From assembly GCA_963654295.1 (NCBI GenBank), contig CAVJZZ010000005.1:6890-70889 (forward strand): a stretch of 64,000 nucleotides of DNA, read 5' to 3'. The translations under genes and the position numbers were made by a program. Under the pieces are notes generated by a model, which worked only from the letters and a program-made list of their open reading frames with translations, searched no databases and had not been told where the DNA came from. Source of the stretch: Lachnospiraceae bacterium. GTDB taxonomy: Bacteria; Bacteroidota; Bacteroidia; Bacteroidales; Bacteroidaceae. Below are positions 10,124-20,375 of the stretch, in pieces (the stretch's first letter is position 1; each line of letters begins with the position of its first letter).

Positions 10124-12277
10124 CTACTGCACCACCTTGAAACGAATACGGAAGCTATGCTTCATCTCGTCCCAATTGGTGCCCAACAGTACAAACTTGC
10201 CGATCTGCGATGTAGAGCGTACATGCTTTCCAATGCACGGACATACGTCATAGTCGCCGATACGCACCAGGCGCAATGTCTCCGATGCATCATCGGGCAA
10301 GCGGTCGAGCTTCACCCCTTCAGGCAGATGGTCACGGTCTACATATTCAAAGGTCACCGGCAAGTCTTCCGCAATGAGTTCGTTCATCTTGCTCTCGATT
10401 GCCTTTTCCTCGTTCTTCGAGGGTTTGTGGTCGAGAATGTAGCTAATCTTACTCTTCTTGCGCTCGATGTGTGCATCGCTTGAGCGTTCACACCCGAACA
10501 TACGCACCATAGTTTGGTTGAGCAGATGTTCTGCCGTGTGCGCCGGAGGGAACTCTTCCTTGTTGTGCACGTTGAGCACATAACCCTTGTCTTCCATCTT
10601 TATCTTGAATTTATAGGCACCCGCTCCATATGGCATCATATAGACCGGGAACACACCGTTACGTTTCAATTCCTGCTTTCCTGTTTCGCCCGTAAGCAAG
10701 TCGACCACATCCACTTCACCTTCGCCCATCTTGAAGTAGTCGAAAGCATGCTCAGGAATGGTCACACCACAGTTGACGGCATCTCTGGAGAAGTTCACCG
10801 TCACCAGTATCACCTCGTCATCCTTGCAGCGCAGAAAAGCGTACTGCTTGTCAGAATTAATCAACTTCCTGTCTGTGTTGGCATACATCAGATCGAAGAA
10901 GGCTCCCTCACGCAATGCCTTCTCGCGATTGGCAAGACGAAGCACACGCATATAGATAAGACCGAGCAAACGGTTCTCCTTGGGCAGATGACTGTGGTCA
11001 TAATATCCCTTGAAAATAGAGTCTACCGTCCAATAGTCAAAGATGGTCGTACGGCCGTCACAACCACTGAATCCTTCCTTGTCCATACCCCGTTCACCGT
11101 ATTCCTGCCCGGCATAAAGCATGAACGGATTGGGACGCATCATCACACTGACCACCAATCCCGGCACAGCCTTCATGCCGTCACCACAGAAGAAGTCGCT
11201 TGCCACGCGCTGCTCGTCATGGTTCTCAAGGAAGAACAACATGTGGTCGCGGATATCATCCGTCGACTGCCACTGCTGCGTGATTGCCGAGGCTGGTCTG
11301 CGCGCGGCAAGCACGTCACGCACGCAATCATACATGCCCACCTTGTCATAAAGATAATCAAAACCGTTGACGATGTAGTTGCGGTATTGATTGGGATCAT
11401 ACACCTCACCGATAAAAAGGATATGGGGATAGCGTTTCTTCACAGCCGAGGTGGCATAGTGCCAGAACGGAGCAGGCACCATCTCTGCCATGTCACAGCG
11501 GAATGCGTCTACGCCCTTCCCTGCCCAAAAGAGCAAGATGTCAGTCATCTTCTTCCACGTGTCAGGCACAGGAGTAAAGTGCTCACTGCGCCCTCCATAA
11601 TCGCAATAGTCCACGCCATAGTTGAGCTTCACCGTTTCATACCAGTCGTTCACACCAGGTGACGCATCGAAGTGATCATTACCCGTAGCTCTGGCAGGCA
11701 TCTCTTGATAAGGTTCGGCAGCACTCTGCTTCAAGTCGAAAGTAGGAGAAAAGGCTGTTCCCGGACAATAATAGAAATTGTTGGAGGGAGAAAAGCCCAT
11801 ATTCCGGTTATCATCCTCTCCCAAATCGCGCAGCCCTTCAGGTTTACACACGGAATGGTATTGGCGTGCTACATGATTGGGCACGAAGTCGATGACGACT
11901 TTCATGCCGGCACGGTGCGTGCGCTCAAGAAGCGACTCGAACTCAGCCATTCTGTCATCAACATTGACAGCCAAGTCGGGATCGATGTCATAATAGTCGG
12001 TGATGGCATAGGGCGAACCAGCCCTGCCTTTGACCACAGCAGGATGCTGGGTAGGAATATGGTGTGAAGAATAATCCGTCTGGCTGGCGTGGCGGATAAC
12101 ACCTGTGAACCAAATATGAGTAATGCCCAAGCCTTTAATCTGCTTGAGCACTCTCTCGTCGATATCATTCATCTTTCCACAACCATTTTCGGCAAGCGTA
12201 CCCCACTCCTTGCGGGTCAAGTTACGGTTGCCGAAAAGGCGTGTAAAGATTTGATAGATAATAATTTTTTCGTTCAT
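10124..12277 (-). CDS. GH13 alpha-amylase family protein with a C-terminal AlaX/ThrRS-AlaRS editing-like domain
   Basis: GH13 regions DFVPNH, DAFRCDMAE, IGEVY, FLENHD. The last ~157 aa carry HTAEH and CIGKH. ATG at 12277. Confidence 0.88.
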   Translation of the reverse strand: MNEKIIIYQIFTRLFGNRNLTRKEWGTLAENGCGKMNDIDERVLKQIKGLGITHIWFTGVIRHASQTDYSSHHIPTQHPAVVKGRAGSPYAITDYYDIDPDLAVNVDDRMAEFESLLERTHRAGMKVVIDFVPNHVARQYHSVCKPEGLRDLGEDDNRNMGFSPSNNFYYCPGTAFSPTFDLKQSAAEPYQEMPARATGNDHFDASPGVNDWYETVKLNYGVDYCDYGGRSEHFTPVPDTWKKMTDILLFWAGKGVDAFRCDMAEMVPAPFWHYATSAVKKRYPHILFIGEVYDPNQYRNYIVNGFDYLYDKVGMYDCVRDVLAARRPASAITQQWQSTDDIRDHMLFFLENHDEQRVASDFFCGDGMKAVPGLVVSVMMRPNPFMLYAGQEYGERGMDKEGFSGCDGRTTIFDYWTVDSIFKGYYDHSHLPKENRLLGLIYMRVLRLANREKALREGAFFDLMYANTDRKLINSDKQYAFLRCKDDEVILVTVNFSRDAVNCGVTIPEHAFDYFKMGEGEVDVVDLLTGETGKQELKRNGVFPVYMMPYGAGAYKFKIKMEDKGYVLNVHNKEEFPPAHTAEHLLNQTMVRMFGCERSSDAHIERKKSKISYILDHKPSKNEEKAIESKMNELIAEDLPVTFEYVDRDHLPEGVKLDRLPDDASETLRLVRIGDYDVCPCIGKHVRSTSQIGKFVLLGTNWDEMKHSFRIRFKVVQ

Positions 12278-12286
12278 CAAAGATGA

Positions 12287-13174
12287 TTATGCAATACCGT
12301 GAGCACTTACGTTCTTGTCGATACGGCCAATCATTCCCTGAAGAGCCTTGCCCGGTCCGCACTCTGTAAAGTCATCTGCACCGGCAGCAATCATGTTCTG
12401 TACAGTCTGTGTCCAACGCACGCTGCTTGTCAGCTGAGCGATGAGGTTGGTCTTGATTTCCTCTGGATCTGTATGAGGCTGAGCGTCTACGTTCTGGTAT
12501 ACAGGACACTTGGGAGCACTGAACACGGTCTTCTCAATGGCTGCCTGAAGTTCGTCCTTGGCAGGCTGCATCAGCGGTGAATGGAAAGCACCACCAACCT
12601 TAAGGGGCAATGCACGCTTTGCACCAGCTGCCTTCAACTGCTCGCATGCAGCATTGATGCCGTCCATTGAACCAGAGATCACGAGCTGACCGGGGCAGTT
12701 GTAGTTGGCTGCCACCACCACATTGCCGCTCTTGCTCACTTCTGCGCAAATTTCCTCTATCTTCTCGTCGGGCAAGCCTATGATAGCTGCCATGATACCG
12801 GGAGTAGATTCGCATGCTTTCTGCATTGCCATAGCACGGGCATAAACCAAACGAAGACCATCTTCAAAACTCAACGCACCGGCTGCAACCAATGCTGAGA
12901 ACTCACCGAGTGAGTGGCCAGCCACCATAGCGGGAGCGAAATCGTCACCCAAACAGATGGCGCTGATCACGCTATGAAGGAATACGGCAGGCTGTGTCAC
13001 CTTGGTCTGCTTCAGTTCATCGTCAGTACCGTTGAACATGATATCCGTAATTTTGTAACCAAGAATTTCGTCGGCCTTGTCAAAGAGTTCTTTTGCCTTT
13101 GGGTTATTCTCGTAGAGGTCTTTGCCCATACCTACGAATTGTGCTCCCTGACCGGGAAAAACAAATGCTTTCAT
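12287..13174 (-). CDS. fabD: Malonyl-CoA:ACP transacylase
   Basis: FPGQGAQ, GHSLGE, GAFHSPLM. Confidence 0.97.
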   Translation of the reverse strand: MKAFVFPGQGAQFVGMGKDLYENNPKAKELFDKADEILGYKITDIMFNGTDDELKQTKVTQPAVFLHSVISAICLGDDFAPAMVAGHSLGEFSALVAAGALSFEDGLRLVYARAMAMQKACESTPGIMAAIIGLPDEKIEEICAEVSKSGNVVVAANYNCPGQLVISGSMDGINAACEQLKAAGAKRALPLKVGGAFHSPLMQPAKDELQAAIEKTVFSAPKCPVYQNVDAQPHTDPEEIKTNLIAQLTSSVRWTQTVQNMIAAGADDFTECGPGKALQGMIGRIDKNVSAHGIA

Positions 13175-13328
13175 TTCTATTTCTTTAGTTTATTAATTAG
13201 TTTTCCTACAATCATTTAGTGCACAAAGGTACTAATTATTTCGCAAACATGGGTATAAAACACAAAAAATCCCGCTCAACTCCTTCTGGAATTGTCGGGA
13301 TTTATATTGAGTTGCTTTACAGTAGCGA

Positions 13329-13847
13329 TTATTCTGCTGCAGGTGCTTCCTCTTCAGCCTTAGGAGCCTCAACGGTAGCTTCTGCTGGAGCCTCCTCTAC
13401 AGGAGCATTCTCAGCAACCACCTTTACGGGGATTTCAACTTCTACCTCCTTATGGAAGTGTACCGTTGCTACATAGTCACCCACCTTCTTGATGTCGTGC
13501 ATAGTGATAATCTTGCGGTCGATGTCGAAGCCTTTAGCTTTCAACTCTTCAGCTACGTGAGCTGTAGTCACTGAACCGTAAGTAACACCTGTAGCACTAA
13601 CCTTAGCCGAGATAACAAGAGCAACGTCTTTCAAAGCTTCACCCTTCTTCTCTGCCTCAGCCTTGAGAGCGGCGAGCTTGTGTGCCTGCTGCTTGAGGTT
13701 CTCTGAGAGAACTTTCTTTGCAGAGTCAGAAGCAATAACGCCCTTGCCTGTAGGGATGAGATAATTGCGGCCATAACCAGCCTTCACGCTAACGATATCG
13801 TTCTTGTATCCGAGACCGATAATATCTTCTTTCAGTATAATTTCCAT
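13329..13847 (-). CDS. rplI: 50S ribosomal protein L9
   Basis: VKAGYGRNYLIP; follows rpsF-rpsR. Confidence 0.97.
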   Translation of the reverse strand: MEIILKEDIIGLGYKNDIVSVKAGYGRNYLIPTGKGVIASDSAKKVLSENLKQQAHKLAALKAEAEKKGEALKDVALVISAKVSATGVTYGSVTTAHVAEELKAKGFDIDRKIITMHDIKKVGDYVATVHFHKEVEVEIPVKVVAENAPVEEAPAEATVEAPKAEEEAPAAE

Positions 13848-13862
13848 TCAGCTGTCCTCCGA

Positions 13863-14132
13863 TTATTTCATCAAGTCAGTTACATAAGGAAGAAGTGCAA
13901 TCTGGCGAGCACGCTTTACAGCCTGTGCCACACGACGCTGATACTTCAATGAAGTTCCAGTGATGCGACGGGGAAGGATCTTACCCTGCTCGTTCAAGAA
14001 CTTCTTAAGGAACTCGGGATCCTTATAGTCGATATACTTGATGCCGCTCTTCTTGAAACGACAATACTTCTTCTTCTTTGTATCCACTGAAGGTGGAGTC
14101 AAATATCTGATTTCTGAATCTTGTGCTGCCAT
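13863..14132 (-). CDS. rpsR: 30S ribosomal protein S18
   Basis: [21 protein letters not shown]. Confidence 0.98.
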   Translation of the reverse strand: MAAQDSEIRYLTPPSVDTKKKKYCRFKKSGIKYIDYKDPEFLKKFLNEQGKILPRRITGTSLKYQRRVAQAVKRARQIALLPYVTDLMK

Positions 14133-14135
14133 GAT

Positions 14136-14480
14136 TTAAGCCTCCTCTTTTTTACCAAGTTTGTTTCTTCTCTTCTCTGCGTACTGTGCTGCATACTTGT
14201 CGAGCTTCACAGTCATAAAGCGGATCACCTTCTCATCGCGGCGGTATCCAATTTCGAGAGTGTTGATTACTGATGGTTCTGCCTTGAACTCAACCAAGCA
14301 ATAGAAGCCTGTCGATTTCTTCTCGATAGCATAAGCCATCTTCTTAAGACCCCAGGCCTCCTCATTCAGAATTTCCGCACCGTTGTCGGTGAGAAGCTTT
14401 TTGAATTTAGCGACCGTTTCCTTCATCTGTTCATCAGACAAAACGGGAGTTAAAATGAAAACGGTTTCGTATTGATTCAT
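14136..14480 (-). CDS. rpsF: 30S ribosomal protein S6
   Basis: [19 protein letters not shown]. Confidence 0.98.
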   Translation of the reverse strand: MNQYETVFILTPVLSDEQMKETVAKFKKLLTDNGAEILNEEAWGLKKMAYAIEKKSTGFYCLVEFKAEPSVINTLEIGYRRDEKVIRFMTVKLDKYAAQYAEKRRNKLGKKEEA

Positions 14481-14524
14481 ACTACTTAATTTGTTAAATG
14501 TTTAATATTTTGCAAAATGCGGTG

Positions 14525-14532
14525 CAAAGGTA
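14525..14532 (-). promoter_or_regulatory. -7 promoter element for rpsF-rpsR-rplI
   Basis: TACCTTTG on the minus strand, 45 nt before the rpsF ATG. Confidence 0.65.
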
Positions 14533-14650
14533 CTCTTTTTATTTTACCTGGCAAAATATTTTTACTACTTTTGCAGAAATAAAATAACGTCCTCCCGGTA
14601 TTCAGGAACAGTTGATACGCTGTCGCCTGATACGGGACAGGACCAAAGCG

Positions 14651-14836
14651 ATGATTATGAAAAAACATGCACGTCACTTGGGCATCTGTGCCATTTGCTT
14701 GGGCGTCGCCCTGCTTGCCGTAGGCTATTGTGCCAATTTATCCTTCCACAATTACACGAATCTGCTTTCCCTTCTATTAATAATAGGTGGAAGTGCCTTC
14801 CACTTCTACCGCATCAAGAAGGAAAGCCGATACTGA
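14651..14836 (+). CDS. Small two-TM membrane protein
   Basis: Two hydrophobic helices with basic ends (…KKESRY); fills the gap divergent from rpsF; start at 14651 or 14657. Confidence 0.6.
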   Translation: MIMKKHARHLGICAICLGVALLAVGYCANLSFHNYTNLLSLLLIIGGSAFHFYRIKKESRY

Positions 14837-14854
14837 TCCGTGCCCGGCTATTCA

Positions 14855-16423
14855 TTACATCTGACCCATATATTGCGCGCACATCTCTGCACAGCGTTCG
14901 CCGTCTACTCCCGCAGAAACAATTCCACCGGCATAGCCCGCGCCTTCACCACATGGGAAAAGTCCGGCAATGGTCACATGTTGCAGGGTATCCTTGTCGC
15001 GAAGTATTCGTATCGGTGATGACGTACGGGTTTCTGTGGCGATAAGGACGGCTTCATTGGTCAGGAAACCGTGACTCATCTTGCCGAATTTCTTGAACCC
15101 TTCCTGCAGACGGGAAGATATCATCTTGGGCATCCAGAAATGCAATGGACTGGATATCAGACCGGGGGCATAACTGCTTTTAGGCAGATCATAACTCAAC
15201 CTGCCATTGACAAAGTCTGCCATACGCTGCGCCGGTGCCGTCTGCTTCATATTGCCCTGCTGCCAGCAATCCTGTTCCAAATGTTCTTGGAATTGCATGA
15301 TGCGCAGCGGACTCTCTCCCGGCACATCCTCCGGTCGCATTTCTACCACCATACCGCTGTTCGACCACTTGGTGCCACGGTTACTTGGACTCATACCATT
15401 GACCACCAACTGCCTGCTGTCTGTGGCTGCAGGAATGACAAATCCTCCAGGACACATGCAGAAAGAATAGACACCGCGGTTGTCAACTTGCGTCACAAAA
15501 CTGTATTCCGCAGCTGGAAGATACTTGCCCCTACCCTCTTTCCTGTGGTATTGTATCTGGTCGATCAGCATAGACGGATGTTCCAAGCGCACGCCCACAG
15601 CGATGCCCTTAGCCTCTATTTCCACTTTTGCTTCCGCCAGATAGCGGTATACGTCTCGGGCAGAATGGCCTGTAGCAAGGATGACGGGACCGCGATAAGT
15701 CTCTTCTGAGCCTGTCACCAAGTTGACAGCTTCTACTCCCTCCACCTTGTCGCCGTTTAAGATTAGGCGGGTCATCTTTGTCTGGAAATGCACTTCGCCG
15801 CCAGCCTTTATAATCGTGTTGCGCATGTTTTCTATCACACGAGGCAGTTTGTCTGTTCCGATATGAGGATGCGCATCGGCAAGAATGCTCGTATCCGCAC
15901 CATGCTGACAGAACACATTAAGAATCTTCTCCGTGCTGCCACGCTTCTTGCTGCGCGTATAGAGTTTTCCGTCAGAGTAAGCACCAGCACCGCCTTCTCC
16001 GAAACAATAGTTGCTCTCAGGATCCACCTTCTGTGTCTTGGTGATGGCTGACAAGTCGCGCTTGCGTTCGTGCACGTCCTTTCCACGTTCAAGCACAATC
16101 GGCTTAATGCCCAATTCGATCAGCTTCAAGGATGCAAACAGACCGCCGGGACCTTCGCCCACCACGATGGCGTGAGGTTTCGACGATACGTCAGGATAAC
16201 AGGTGGGCACGTATTCTTCGTCTTGTGGATATTCGTTGATATACACACGCACCTTCAGGTTGACATAGATGGTGCGCTGGCGGGCATCAATGCTGCGCTT
16301 CAACACCCTCACCGCAAGTATCGTACGAAGGTCGAGTCCCTTGTCACGTGCGATAAAGTCGGCTATTGTCTGACTGTTTGCCGCCTGCTGCGGCAACACC
16401 CTTATCTGGTATTCATTGATCAT
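14855..16423 (-). CDS. NAD(P)/FAD-dependent oxidoreductase
   Basis: VVGEGPGG, FGEGGAGAYSDGKL, SFCMCPGG, GEGAGYAGGI. Confidence 0.9.
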   Translation of the reverse strand: MINEYQIRVLPQQAANSQTIADFIARDKGLDLRTILAVRVLKRSIDARQRTIYVNLKVRVYINEYPQDEEYVPTCYPDVSSKPHAIVVGEGPGGLFASLKLIELGIKPIVLERGKDVHERKRDLSAITKTQKVDPESNYCFGEGGAGAYSDGKLYTRSKKRGSTEKILNVFCQHGADTSILADAHPHIGTDKLPRVIENMRNTIIKAGGEVHFQTKMTRLILNGDKVEGVEAVNLVTGSEETYRGPVILATGHSARDVYRYLAEAKVEIEAKGIAVGVRLEHPSMLIDQIQYHRKEGRGKYLPAAEYSFVTQVDNRGVYSFCMCPGGFVIPAATDSRQLVVNGMSPSNRGTKWSNSGMVVEMRPEDVPGESPLRIMQFQEHLEQDCWQQGNMKQTAPAQRMADFVNGRLSYDLPKSSYAPGLISSPLHFWMPKMISSRLQEGFKKFGKMSHGFLTNEAVLIATETRTSSPIRILRDKDTLQHVTIAGLFPCGEGAGYAGGIVSAGVDGERCAEMCAQYMGQM

Positions 16424-16535
16424 AACTGCATATTATAATAGGTGAAAACAAAAGGGGGCTGAGTGCATTCGCTGCATGTCAGCCCCAAAGCTAATTAGAG
16501 AGTTATTAAAAATCAGATAATTCATTATACATTTA

Positions 16536-17084
16536 TCACTCACATGTTTCCCTGATCAACTTCATGCCCTCGTCTATCGCCTCCATATTCAGCGGTATGA
16601 GGTCGTGATGCCGTTCAGGCAATGTCTTGAAGAGTGCCTTTTCGAGTCCTTGGCGCGTTACGATAGGACAAACTTTAAGGAAAGCGCCGAGCACAATCAT
16701 GTTGAACACCTTGGAATTCTTCATCATCGCAGCCTTGTCCATCGCATCAACACGAAACACATGGATGTCTTTGCGCTTGGGAGGATTGATGATGCCAAAG
16801 CCGTCATAGATAAGGATGCCACCAGCTTTGATCTTGGGTTCAAACCTGTCGAGAGAGGGTTGGTTCAATACGATGGCGACATCATAACGGCTGAGGATTG
16901 GCGAAGAGATATGCTCGTCGCTGACAATCACCGTCACGTTGGCTGTTCCGCCACGCTGTTCCGGTCCATAAGCCGGCATCCATGTGACTTCCTTGTCTTC
17001 CATCAGTCCGGAATAGGCAAGTATCTTTCCCATCGAGAGAACACCTTGTCCACCGAAACCACTTATGATTATTTCTTTTTTCAT
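16536..17084 (-). CDS. 2-oxoacid:ferredoxin oxidoreductase gamma subunit
   Basis: GFGGQGV, YGPEQRGG; ATG at 17084. Confidence 0.93.
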   Translation of the reverse strand: MKKEIIISGFGGQGVLSMGKILAYSGLMEDKEVTWMPAYGPEQRGGTANVTVIVSDEHISSPILSRYDVAIVLNQPSLDRFEPKIKAGGILIYDGFGIINPPKRKDIHVFRVDAMDKAAMMKNSKVFNMIVLGAFLKVCPIVTRQGLEKALFKTLPERHHDLIPLNMEAIDEGMKLIRETCE

Positions 17085-17102
17085 CTCCGTCAACTTTTCG
17101 TT

Positions 17103-17867
17103 TTACATTCCTGTGGTATCTTTCTTGTCTCCCTTGGGATAATACTTGAACATGTATTCCTTCATCCATTCGTTGGCTTTGATAGGGGACAACTTCCAAC
17201 CGCTACTACAAGTGCTCACGATTTCCACTAAGCTTGATCCCTTTCCTGTCATTGAGGCTTCAAATGCCTTGCGGATGGCTTTCTTTGCCTGACGGATGGA
17301 AGCCACACTTTCCACGCTCTGGCGAGTCACATAACAGGTACCCTCCAATTGGGCTGCAATCTCCGTTAGTTTCAACGGATAACCGTGCAACTGCGGATCA
17401 CGACCATAGGGACAGGTAGCTGTCTTTTGCCCCAATAGTGTGGTGGGAGCCATTTGTCCTCCAGTCATGCCATAGATGGCATTGTTGATGAAGATGATGG
17501 TGATGTTCTCACCTCGGTTGAGTGCATGGATGGATTCTGCCGTTCCGATGCATGCCAAGTCGCCGTCTCCCTGATAGGTGAACACCAAACGGTCGGGCCA
17601 CAAGCGCTTGATGGCAGTAGCCACGGCAGGCGCACGGCCATGGGCAGCTTCTTGCCAGTCGATGTCCAAGTAGCGGTAGGCAAATACGGCACACCCCACA
17701 GGCGATACACCCACGGTCTTATCCTCCATACCCATTTCTTCGATAACCTCCGCCACCAGTTTGTGGACGACGCCATGCGAACATCCTGGACAATAGTGCA
17801 TCTGCACATCGTTCATCAATGTCGGTTTCTTATACACCAGATTTTCTGGAGATATGATGTTTTCCAT
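17103..17867 (-). CDS. 2-oxoacid:ferredoxin oxidoreductase beta subunit (TPP-binding)
   Basis: YCPGCSH, GDGD...NNAIYGMTGGQ; ATG at 17867. Confidence 0.94.
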   Translation of the reverse strand: MENIISPENLVYKKPTLMNDVQMHYCPGCSHGVVHKLVAEVIEEMGMEDKTVGVSPVGCAVFAYRYLDIDWQEAAHGRAPAVATAIKRLWPDRLVFTYQGDGDLACIGTAESIHALNRGENITIIFINNAIYGMTGGQMAPTTLLGQKTATCPYGRDPQLHGYPLKLTEIAAQLEGTCYVTRQSVESVASIRQAKKAIRKAFEASMTGKGSSLVEIVSTCSSGWKLSPIKANEWMKEYMFKYYPKGDKKDTTGM

Positions 17868-17874
17868 AATCAAT

Positions 17875-18963
17875 TTATTCTGCGTTAAGCTTTTCCCTGA
17901 GGGCGTTGATAATCTCCTCAGGCTCGGGGACAATGCCTCCCAAACGACCGAACCATTCTACGGGAACAGTGCCGTTGACGGCGAGAAGCACATCTTGCAC
18001 CATTTGCCCTGCATTGATTTCCACAACGAGAATTCCCTTTTTCCCTTTCGCCTGTTCTGCAAGGGCTTTGCTTGGATAAGGCCAAAGGGTGATGGGGCGG
18101 AAAAGTTCTACCTTCAGTCCTTCAGCCTCAGCCATCTCGATTGCCTTTTCGGAGATACGTGCGGCACTGCCGAACGACACGATGAGATAGTCTGCATCAG
18201 CACTGCCACTCACCTCATAGCGTACTTCATTCTCGGTAATCGTCTTGTATTTCTCCTGCAAGTGCAGGTTGCGCTGCTCCATAATCTCGGGCTTCAGTTC
18301 GAGCGAAGTGAGAATATTGGGTTCGCGGTCCTTGGTCTTGCCGGTGCTTGCCCAAGGACATTCTTTCTTGATTTCTTCTTCTGTGCGACGGGGTTTGTAG
18401 GGCGGCAATACCACCTTCTCCATCATCTGACCGATGACACCGTCGCTCAAAATCATGGTAGGATTGCGATACTTGAAGGCAAGCGTGAAAGCCAAATCCA
18501 TGAAGTCTGCCATCTCCTGCACAGAGGCTGGCGCAAGCACGATGACGTTGTAGTCGCCGTTACCGCCTCCACGTGTAGCCTGAAAATAGTCACTTTGCGA
18601 GGGTTGGATGGTGCCCAATCCCGGTCCGCCACGCTGCACGTTGACAATGACACCGGGAATTTCCGCACCAGCCATATAGGAGATGCCTTCCTGCATCAAT
18701 GCCACACCTGGACTTGAGGAAGACGTAAACACCTTCTTGCCAGCACCAGCGCCTCCATATATCATATTGATTGCAGACACTTCACTTTCTGCCTGCAGCA
18801 CTACCATACCCGTGGTTTCCCATGGTTTCAGCAAGGCAAGCGTTTCAAGCACCTCACTTTGCGGAGTGATCGGATAACCGAAATATCCGTCTGCGCCACA
18901 ACGTATTGCAGCATGGGCAATCGCTTCGTTGCCCTTCATCAACATTATCTTCTGTTCTGCCAT
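17875..18963 (-). CDS. 2-oxoacid:ferredoxin oxidoreductase alpha subunit (VorB-like)
   Basis: GNEAIA, GYPITPQSE, TSSSSPG, QRGGPG. Confidence 0.94.
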   Translation of the reverse strand: MAEQKIMLMKGNEAIAHAAIRCGADGYFGYPITPQSEVLETLALLKPWETTGMVVLQAESEVSAINMIYGGAGAGKKVFTSSSSPGVALMQEGISYMAGAEIPGVIVNVQRGGPGLGTIQPSQSDYFQATRGGGNGDYNVIVLAPASVQEMADFMDLAFTLAFKYRNPTMILSDGVIGQMMEKVVLPPYKPRRTEEEIKKECPWASTGKTKDREPNILTSLELKPEIMEQRNLHLQEKYKTITENEVRYEVSGSADADYLIVSFGSAARISEKAIEMAEAEGLKVELFRPITLWPYPSKALAEQAKGKKGILVVEINAGQMVQDVLLAVNGTVPVEWFGRLGGIVPEPEEIINALREKLNAE

Positions 18964-18969
18964 AGTTGT

Positions 18970-19200
18970 TTAAGCCTCCACTTTTTTACGGTAAACTTCG
19001 ATACACCCGTCCGGACATACGATGGCACAAGACGCGCAACCGATGCAAGCGTCGATATCGACGGCTTCCACATACATATAGCCCGAAGGATTCACCTTTT
19101 TCGCCAAAGCCAGTACATTCTTCGGACAGGCTACTACACAAAGCGAGCAACCTTTGCATCTGTCTTCGTTGACGACAATGGCACCTTTCATTTTACTCAT
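18970..19200 (-). CDS. 2[4Fe-4S] ferredoxin-like delta subunit
   Basis: Two CxxCxxCxxxCP motifs; ATG at 19200. Confidence 0.93.
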   Translation of the reverse strand: MSKMKGAIVVNEDRCKGCSLCVVACPKNVLALAKKVNPSGYMYVEAVDIDACIGCASCAIVCPDGCIEVYRKKVEA

Positions 19201-19252
19201 ATCGTTTTTGTCTTGACGAAGTGTCACGCACTCCGTTCATTTCTTGCAATGG

Positions 19253-19447
19253 TTAGGGATTATAATAATCCGTGCATCTGTAATCGAGAATGCGCTGGAG
19301 CATCGCTTGCGCTTCCGACGCAGGACTGTCGGCATCGAGTTCGGCGGCTTCAGAATAGCAGTTCATTGCCAAATGCCACTCTCCCTTCCGCCGATAGTCG
19401 TTACCTTTTATATATAGAGCCTCCGCCAGTTCTTGCCTGCTGCCCAT
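19253..19447 (-). CDS. Small TPR-repeat protein
   Basis: ALYIKGNDYRRKGEWHLAMNCYSEAAELD fits one TPR; ends YNP. Confidence 0.8.
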   Translation of the reverse strand: MGSRQELAEALYIKGNDYRRKGEWHLAMNCYSEAAELDADSPASEAQAMLQRILDYRCTDYYNP

Positions 19448-19455
19448 TCTCAATT

Positions 19456-20334
19456 CTATTTATAGTATTCATGCTTGCCTGCAGCAAGCGTGTTCTTCAT
19501 CAGTGAACAGATGGTCATAGGACCTACACCGCCCGGCACTGGTGTAATGAAGGAGCATTTGGGAGCCACTTCATCAAACTTCACATCACCGTTCAGTCTG
19601 AAACCGCTCTTCCGCGAGCTGTCCGGCACACGGGTGGTGCCCACATCAATCACAACGGCGCCTTCTTTCACCATATCGGCTGTGACGAAGTCTGGACGTC
19701 CGATAGCGGCAATGATGATATCCGCCTCCCTACATTCCTCCTTGAGGTTACGGGAATGTGAATGGCAAACGGTGACTGTCGCGTCGCCATACTGCTTTTG
19801 CATCATGAGTTGTGCCATCGGCTTGCCCACGATATTGCTGCGACCGAGCACCACACACTTCTTACCGCTTGTCTCCACATGGTAGCGCTGCAAAAGCGTG
19901 AGGATGCCAAGCGGTGTGGCTGATATAAAGCAAGGAAGTCCGATTGCCATCCGTCCTACATTGACGGGATGAAAGCCATCAACATCCTTGTGATAGTCGA
20001 TGGTCTCTATCACCTTCTGCTCGTCTATGTGCCGGGGCAACGGCAACTGGACGATAAAGCCGTCCACATCTGCGTCTTCATTCAACTTCTTCACCTCATC
20101 GAGCAACTGTTCTTCCGTCACATCATCTTCAAAGCGGATGAGTGTCGACTTGAAGCCACATTGCTCGCATGCGATGACTTTATTTTTCACATATGTTTCA
20201 GAGCCGCCGTCATGCCCTACCAAAATTGCCGCCAAATGAGGGCGCTTTCCCCCATTAGCCACAATTGATTTCACCTCTTCCGCTATTTCTGCCTTGATGG
20301 CCGCTGCGGTAGTTTTTCCATCTATCAGCTGCAT
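19456..20334 (-). CDS. folD: Methylene-THF dehydrogenase/cyclohydrolase
   Basis: [42 protein letters not shown] at 20334 (upstream TTG at 20358). Confidence 0.97.
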   Translation of the reverse strand: MQLIDGKTTAAAIKAEIAEEVKSIVANGGKRPHLAAILVGHDGGSETYVKNKVIACEQCGFKSTLIRFEDDVTEEQLLDEVKKLNEDADVDGFIVQLPLPRHIDEQKVIETIDYHKDVDGFHPVNVGRMAIGLPCFISATPLGILTLLQRYHVETSGKKCVVLGRSNIVGKPMAQLMMQKQYGDATVTVCHSHSRNLKEECREADIIIAAIGRPDFVTADMVKEGAVVIDVGTTRVPDSSRKSGFRLNGDVKFDEVAPKCSFITPVPGGVGPMTICSLMKNTLAAGKHEYYK

Positions 20335-20375
20335 ATCTGTACGGTCTATGTTTTTCAATGTTATAGGTTCTCTTT

